Assembly: GCF_009914755.1 (NCBI RefSeq)
Contig: NC_060933.1
Direction: 5' to 3' (one strand)
Length of the DNA: 64,000 nucleotides
Source of the DNA: the human T2T-CHM13v2.0 reference genome, Homo sapiens
The notes below the pieces were generated by a model. It ran no database searches, had not been told where the DNA came from, and was given only the letters and a program-made list of their open reading frames with translations. Positions 57,284 through 64,000 of this stretch are shown piece after piece. The position numbers and the translations under genes were made by a program. How positions within the stretch are numbered: the stretch's first letter is position 1; each line of letters starts with the position of its first letter.

Positions 57284-59773
57284 TAACCTGTCTTTGGCAT
57301 TTCGTTTTCTCCTTATTTTGGTTACTTGTTAATTAATCTTTATCTTGGTGAAGTGAAAATAAAGCAAAATCAATAATGAGCAAAATGAGACATTTGCAGG
57401 AATGAATTAAAAGTTTAAAAATATTTTGCAGTTTCATTGAAAACATGACTTTCATAAAGCTTGAAACAGAAGAATCTCATTTGCATGTCTTCCTTCTCTA
57501 CTAAATATAAGCAGATTCCTCCTCCTGGTCAAGTGATGTGGGTTAGAGACTTCTCAATCTTTCCAGTCCTAAATGTATATCTCATCATTCCAGCGATGAT
57601 TCCCTCCAACATGGTATAGGGTTTAAATCATGAAAAATAATTCCTTTCAATTTAGACTCTCATATTTTCATTGAACTATATTTTTCCACGTTCCCTACCC
57701 TTTGAGTCTTACAGAAGAAACCTATTAAAATATCACATCACTATATAAGAGGACAGATATTTTAATTTGCTTGGCTATAGTAATCACTTTACTATGTATA
57801 CTTATATCAAAGCACCATGTTTTACACCTAAAATATGTAAAATTTGAAAAAAAGTTGAAAAATATCAAAATAATTATATCAGTCAGGCAATATTTTTAGT
57901 GAAAAGACATTGGCTTTTTATTTGGCACAAAGTGAACCTCAACTCAAGCAGTTATTTCATGCTTATTTTCTAAGCAGATAAGCTTCAAACATATTAAAGT
58001 ATCTAGTTACGTAGATTCTTTACTCTTATTTCTTTTACCAACTGCTCTGTTCCTTGAGAAAAATATGGAAATTTTAAAATAAAAGTTTAAGTTGTTAGAT
58101 CTCAACTAGGAAATCCACAAAGTAAACCTGTTTTCTATGTGAAATAACAGCAATGAATCTCCCCCTTCAAGTTAAGATATAAAAATTAAGCTAAAAATAT
58201 CTGAAGAAGGGAAAGGCGTTTAGATTCATTTATTAATTTGCAGAATGCTGTGCCAGCATTATTCCGAGAAAAAATAAATGGTTAGAAGAGAGAGAATTAA
58301 TGCACTAACATACAGGATAAAATATTCTTTTGAAAGTACACTATCCATTTGCAGTTTGAGAGTGATTAAATGAATTCATCTGATACTCTGAACGTCATAT
58401 TTTATAGCTCTGATTGCAAGTAAGACATTTAGTAGATTATAGATAAATCTGTCATTTGTAATTGACTGCAGATCTTCATGCCTTCAAGTCATTTTCTCAT
58501 GGGCACACCAAAATGAAAGGGCAGGTGGAAAGTATCTAAAAGCTTCAATTTTGCCTGTGTAAACTTCAACCTCTATGACTTACATTTTAAAGACCCAACA
58601 GCACAAGGGATGCAACAAATTAGAATTTAAATGTAATTCGTGGTTGAAATGCCACATGAATATGCTCTGGCTCCCAAATGTCAGTTGCTGAACCACAAAC
58701 CGATTCTTAATGATCCCTTGGAAGCTGTCACTAATTTTTGTGAACCACAATGATGGCTTCTAAAGGAGGACTACAAACCCCTGGAGACCAATAACTGGGG
58801 ATAACTTGGAAAGCTTTTGGCTCTCTAAAACACCCAAGGATAAGAAAATGCTTCCTAGGAAGGGATTTAAAGTGAAAAAGTAGAAATATACTGAGTGCTT
58901 GAGAGATAAGATAAAACAATTGCAATCCCTACATTTAAATCCCATACCATAAATAGAACTTCTCAAGGCACCAAAGAAATGAGAAATAACAAGGAAATGT
59001 ATGTTTTAAAGAACCGAATGAAATAAGCATGTGATCTTGAGGCCAGCATTTTTAAAAATGTGAGATCAGCTTTGAATGGAAACTAGGTCTCTGATCTAAA
59101 AAACAATGGGCAGAAAGATTTACTCTGCTTCTGTTTAGCATTTTTATCAGTATAAATTTAGGCAGAAGCCTGAGTCTTAAAAGTTTAGATTCTAAGGCAG
59201 GGTTCCCTAAATAAAACACCTTCCGTGCTCAGTGTGAAAGAGTCCATTGGCCTGTTGCCAAACCAGAATCTAAATGCCTAGTCATTCAAATTAAATTTAA
59301 AAACAGAAGCAAAACAAAAATTAGCACTCCACAAAACATATTTTAAGGCTGGATCTGGCTCCAGACTAAGAGTTAATGATGCTTGAATTAAAGATAGGAA
59401 AATGGAAGAAGGTGGAAATGCCAAGAAGTGGATGTTGTTATTGATAACTTTTTTGTATAACCAATATAAATGTAATTATCTGCCTAAAAAAGAAAAAGAA
59501 GACCCTTTATCCCTTTAAATCATTTTCAGAAATGTCTGCATAATGAGTTGAGTTTCATTCCCTCTAATGCCTAAATGACACCTTGTAATAAATTACCAGC
59601 TTTGTTAAATAAGGTTTTAACTCCTCTGGGCCCCTCAGACACCGTTGATATACTAACCAGTACCTTATTGTCTGAAGAGAGCTAATAGAAATAGACTGTC
59701 AGAGAGTAGACCAAACAGAAATGAATAATTGTAAACAGAAGCAGAGAGTATTAATGTGGTTTCTGTGATCTAG

Positions 59774-60043
<270 letters not shown>

Positions 60044-63000
60044 TGAAAGGCCCTTCATTCTACTAGAGAATTCAGACTAAAATCTACTTTTATTATAGAG
60101 TAACAGTGTACCAGGCATTCATTAAACACCTAGAATGTTCAAGGTACTCTAGAAGTTGCTCCAGGGGAAACAGAAAGTGCCTACACATTTTTACACTGCC
60201 TTTCTTGAGTAGTTTGGTCAATATCTTGCTAACTTTCTTATTTTGGAAATGTCTAGTTGTATAAACTAATCCTCTTAGTTTTCTTAGCACTACTTAGAAG
60301 TCATGTGTCTTGTGTTGGAATTTCACAGAAAATGTTTCCTAAGAAAATGTGAAAAATAGGCAAAAAGTTGGAAATGCCCTGGGAAGAAAAAAAAGAAAAG
60401 AAGCAAACCAAATGTATGCTTGCAGTTATAAAGTTAGAAAACAAAAGCTGATATGGGGGATAGTTTTCAGAAAAGGAGTATATTGTACTGATGTCTGCCC
60501 CCTAGCTGCTTTCCAGCTCTTCCAAAGTGAACACAGTAAGAGTACGCCTAATCAGTTGTCCCAGCATCCTTTCTCCAGTGATCTGAATGCCACCACTGTC
60601 ACAGGTCAAGTTTCTGCCACATGTAGATCTCTTCCTGAGCTTTCTGTTCTCCTCCTTGGATCATATTATTATTTGTGCCTGTGGTAGTAACACAAGGTTT
60701 AATTATTAGACACCCCCTACCTCATCTTATTTTTCTTCTTCAGGCATGTATGGCTCTTTTGATTGTTCTTCCATATAAAAATAAGAGTTATGTGAATTTG
60801 TTTTCTTATTATAATCACCACATACTTATTCTACATGTATTATTTTATGCATCAAGTATTAAATTATTTTATGAACTTAAATAAGAAATACTCTAAATAA
60901 ATCAGCAGGAATTAGATACATATTTTCACCATTAGATTATTTAGCAATGTATAGGAATAAGAGAAGTGATAATATATGAAAATTTCCTCTGTAGAAGTTT
61001 AAAACTTAGAATAAATTTGTATTTGTTTGGTATGCTGAATGCATGATCCCACCTTGTGGCAGAGAACTGAAATTGAGGATCAGGATGTCTGCAGATGCCA
61101 AAACGTTTATACTCTTTGTGACCAGGCCATTGTATTTTGGCCTGAGAGTTTTCTAGACATTTCCCAATCACCCTGATGATTGGATACCAAAATAAAACAC
61201 AGTTTAAATGAGTGAATGCAATCATAGCACAGGAGGGGGAAGAAAGAGGAAGAGATTTTCTTTTCATCATAATTTTTCTTGTCAATTAATATAACAAGTC
61301 TCCTAACTCAGACACATAGTCTCATGACAAATTGAAGAATATTTATTTTAGGTTAAAATATTTTTAAGATTATCCCTTGTCTCACTGCAAGAGATAAATG
61401 GCAGACATTTTATTTATAAGGCAAAGGAAAGGGAAAAACTATCATTTTATTGAACATATATTATGTATCTGATATAGTATGAAATGCATTGATATAGTAT
61501 CCTATTTAGTCTTCATAACAATTCTCTCTTCTATTACTGTTCTTCTTTAATGATCTTGTCCATTTCTGTAGTTCCATTCGTCATCTTTTACTGGAGACCC
61601 ACACGTTTCCACCTTTAGATAAAACCTTCTTTCTTTAAATATTCCATACCCATGTCTTCACATGCTTGTTGCATAGTATTTCTCCAATATTCAAAATTAA
61701 TGCGCCAAACTTGGTGGATTGAAAATAGTTAATATTTTATTGCAGCTAACGTTCTTCCAGCCACCAAAATACCATCTTTGAATCAACATAGAAAAACACT
61801 GTTCTTTATTCACAGTACTTCTCAAATATATTTTCTTCTTCAGACATGGGCAACTTTCCATTTATTTTTATGTGGAAATTCCACAGGACTTTGGTCCATA
61901 GGATGTTAGGTGCAATGGCAGAGTTTGTCCATATGCAAACAAATTTAAGAATCACTGGAATAAAAAACAAACTGGTTTATTTTTTATATAAACTAGTTTC
62001 TTTACTGTCAGCATTTTCTACAATGGAACTCTGTGAGGGCAAATTAGAATGTAATGTTTTGAAACTCAAGTAATTAATATTTGTTTCTTGGGATTTATTG
62101 ATAGCTTCCTGAGCAGTAATCCCCAAAACATCAGCTTGAATTGATAGTCTAGCTAGTGATGGTGAAAGTTTTGGGTGATAATGTACACTCAATAAATAGT
62201 TTCCAATCCCACCTGAGGCATATGTTTTAGTTACATATTATTTAAATTTCATTATGCTAACTTAACAGGTTCTGATTATTACGTTAATTATAAAGCATAG
62301 AACATGGGAGGCTTTCTGAATGAAGGAAAAGGAATATGAGTTGAAGTTGTAAAATTATCTCTCACCAGCTTAGTGGATTGTTTTGCTTGTCCCTTTACGG
62401 TACATATATTCCTTTCTGGAGACCACTGGGACAGAATGATGCAAAATTTTCCTAACCAATCACCTCTCCTCCCACCCATCTAAGGTTTTGACTTCTCTCC
62501 ACTTCCTAATAAATCACACATAACTTTCTTATCTTGATACTTGATTTTTTTTTCACAATATAGCTCTGGTCTAGCTTCTTTTCTTTCCTACAGTCCACTA
62601 CTATCCTGGCACATACTCCAGGCAAACTATTTCCCAAACAGGCCCTCCCCCTTTTTTTGTTTATTTTACAGCTAACATGATCTTTTCCATATAATGACAG
62701 GCACCAAACAACTCTTCAGCACCTATTCAATGCCAGGTACTGTGCCAAGTCTGTGGGATACAAAGTTTTTTTTTGTTACAGATAGGGGGTGTTATAGACA
62801 GAAGAAAGTGTATCATCTCTTGCCATTTCCTCTGCCTAAAATGTTTGTCTTGTAAAATTTATTTCACCTAAGAAAATTTTTCTTAATCCTATGGGGCTTT
62901 GTGTAAATCTCTCTTCTTTATAAAGCCTTTCTGGAGATCTGACTGGGCAGGATCTCTCTCTCTCTTTCCCTGCTCCCTCCCACCATCTCTCTTCTTTAAG

Positions 63001-63599
63001 GCTCCTATCATATTATCTATCCCTAGTATCACAGTTCTTTGTTTGTTACTGCCCTTCACAAAGTTTCATTATTTCTCACATTAATTGCTGAAAAAGTTGA
63101 AAAATGTGTGTTGGTTGACATATGTATCACTTTCCAAAGAAATGTAAGGGTTTTTTTTTTCCTTATTTCTCTGAAGGTTTAAATAGACAGCATTTGCATA
63201 CAAAATATCACATATATGTGACATATAGATTTTAGTGTAGAACTAGATTTATGAGATTATTTTGGCAAAATTCAATTTTCCATGGAATTTTCATTTTAAT
63301 ACATTCTTGTGGAAGAAGCATATATTGATTTAACAAATATCAACACCTGTATCTGTTAGTGTGATTCTTTTTTTTCCTTCAGATACTTTTATGTATCTCA
63401 TATCTACTTGATTCAAAGAAATGGGACATGGTAACTTAGATTTTCTCATTTTAATGCTACCAAGTATGCATTTTTAAATTTTCTTTTCTACCAAGGAAAA
63501 CCTATATTTCATATTCATGCTATGTATAAAGTTTTAAAGAGCGACAATAAGAACTCCAAACATTGTGTAAATGTTTCCACATCCCATTTTTTTCTGCAG

Positions 63600-63767
63600 G
63601 CACCGAGGATGGGCCAATTAGGAGAAATCCAGCTGGAAATGTGGCCAGACCAATGGTGCAACGTCTTCCTGAACCACAGGATGTCGCTCAGTGCTTGGAA
63701 GTTGGTTTATTTGACACGCCTCCTTTTTATTCCAACTCTACAAACAGTTTCCGAAACACAGTGGAAG
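63600..63767 (+). CDS. TYRP1: TYRP1 exon 5 (aa 305-361), followed by a GC donor
   Basis: Acceptor tttttttctgcag|GC; [57 protein letters not shown]; donor AAG|GCAAGT; 168 nt, symmetric phase 1-1. Confidence 0.95.
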
Positions 63768-64000
63768 GCAAGTAAATGAAATCAGTATTTTTAAAAGATC
63801 TAGTTATCAGAGAAAACTGAATTATTCAAAAGCAAGTTTCTTTGAGAAGGCTTTGAATAGTATATTAATCCTGTGTGTTTATGTGAATGAGATTTTCTAT
63901 TATGATACACCTGCTTGAAAAAGGAACTTTCTTAAAAAGAAGAGTCAACCATGAAGCTCTTTTCATTATAGGTGAAGCCCTTGGAAATCATGCTCTAATT

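Overview
AT-rich, repeat-laden primate genomic DNA. The encoded protein matches human TYRP1 as I recall it, which places the window at 9p23. The first ~54.5 kb is upstream intergenic sequence. It contains Alu, L1MA/L1MB/L1MC, L2, MIR and MaLR LTRs (THE1, MST, MLT1), a half ERV1 provirus (MER52 LTR + tRNA-Pro PBS + gag remnant), a Ricksha-type MULE DNA transposon interrupted by a MER41A LTR, and microsatellites. The last ~9.5 kb holds the TYRP1 promoter (M-box, OTX sites, TATA), a short non-coding exon 1 and coding exons 2-5 (codons 1-361); the gene runs off the window end. I found no evidence for a new multi-gene biological system. The most notable features are the non-canonical GC donor of intron 5, an orphan polyadenylated segment fused to an L1 tail, a perfect 29-bp direct repeat 2 kb apart upstream of TYRP1, and a motif- and CpG-dense candidate distal melanocyte enhancer at about -18 kb. 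Repeat subfamily names come from remembered consensus sequences, and boundaries of old repeats are approximate.
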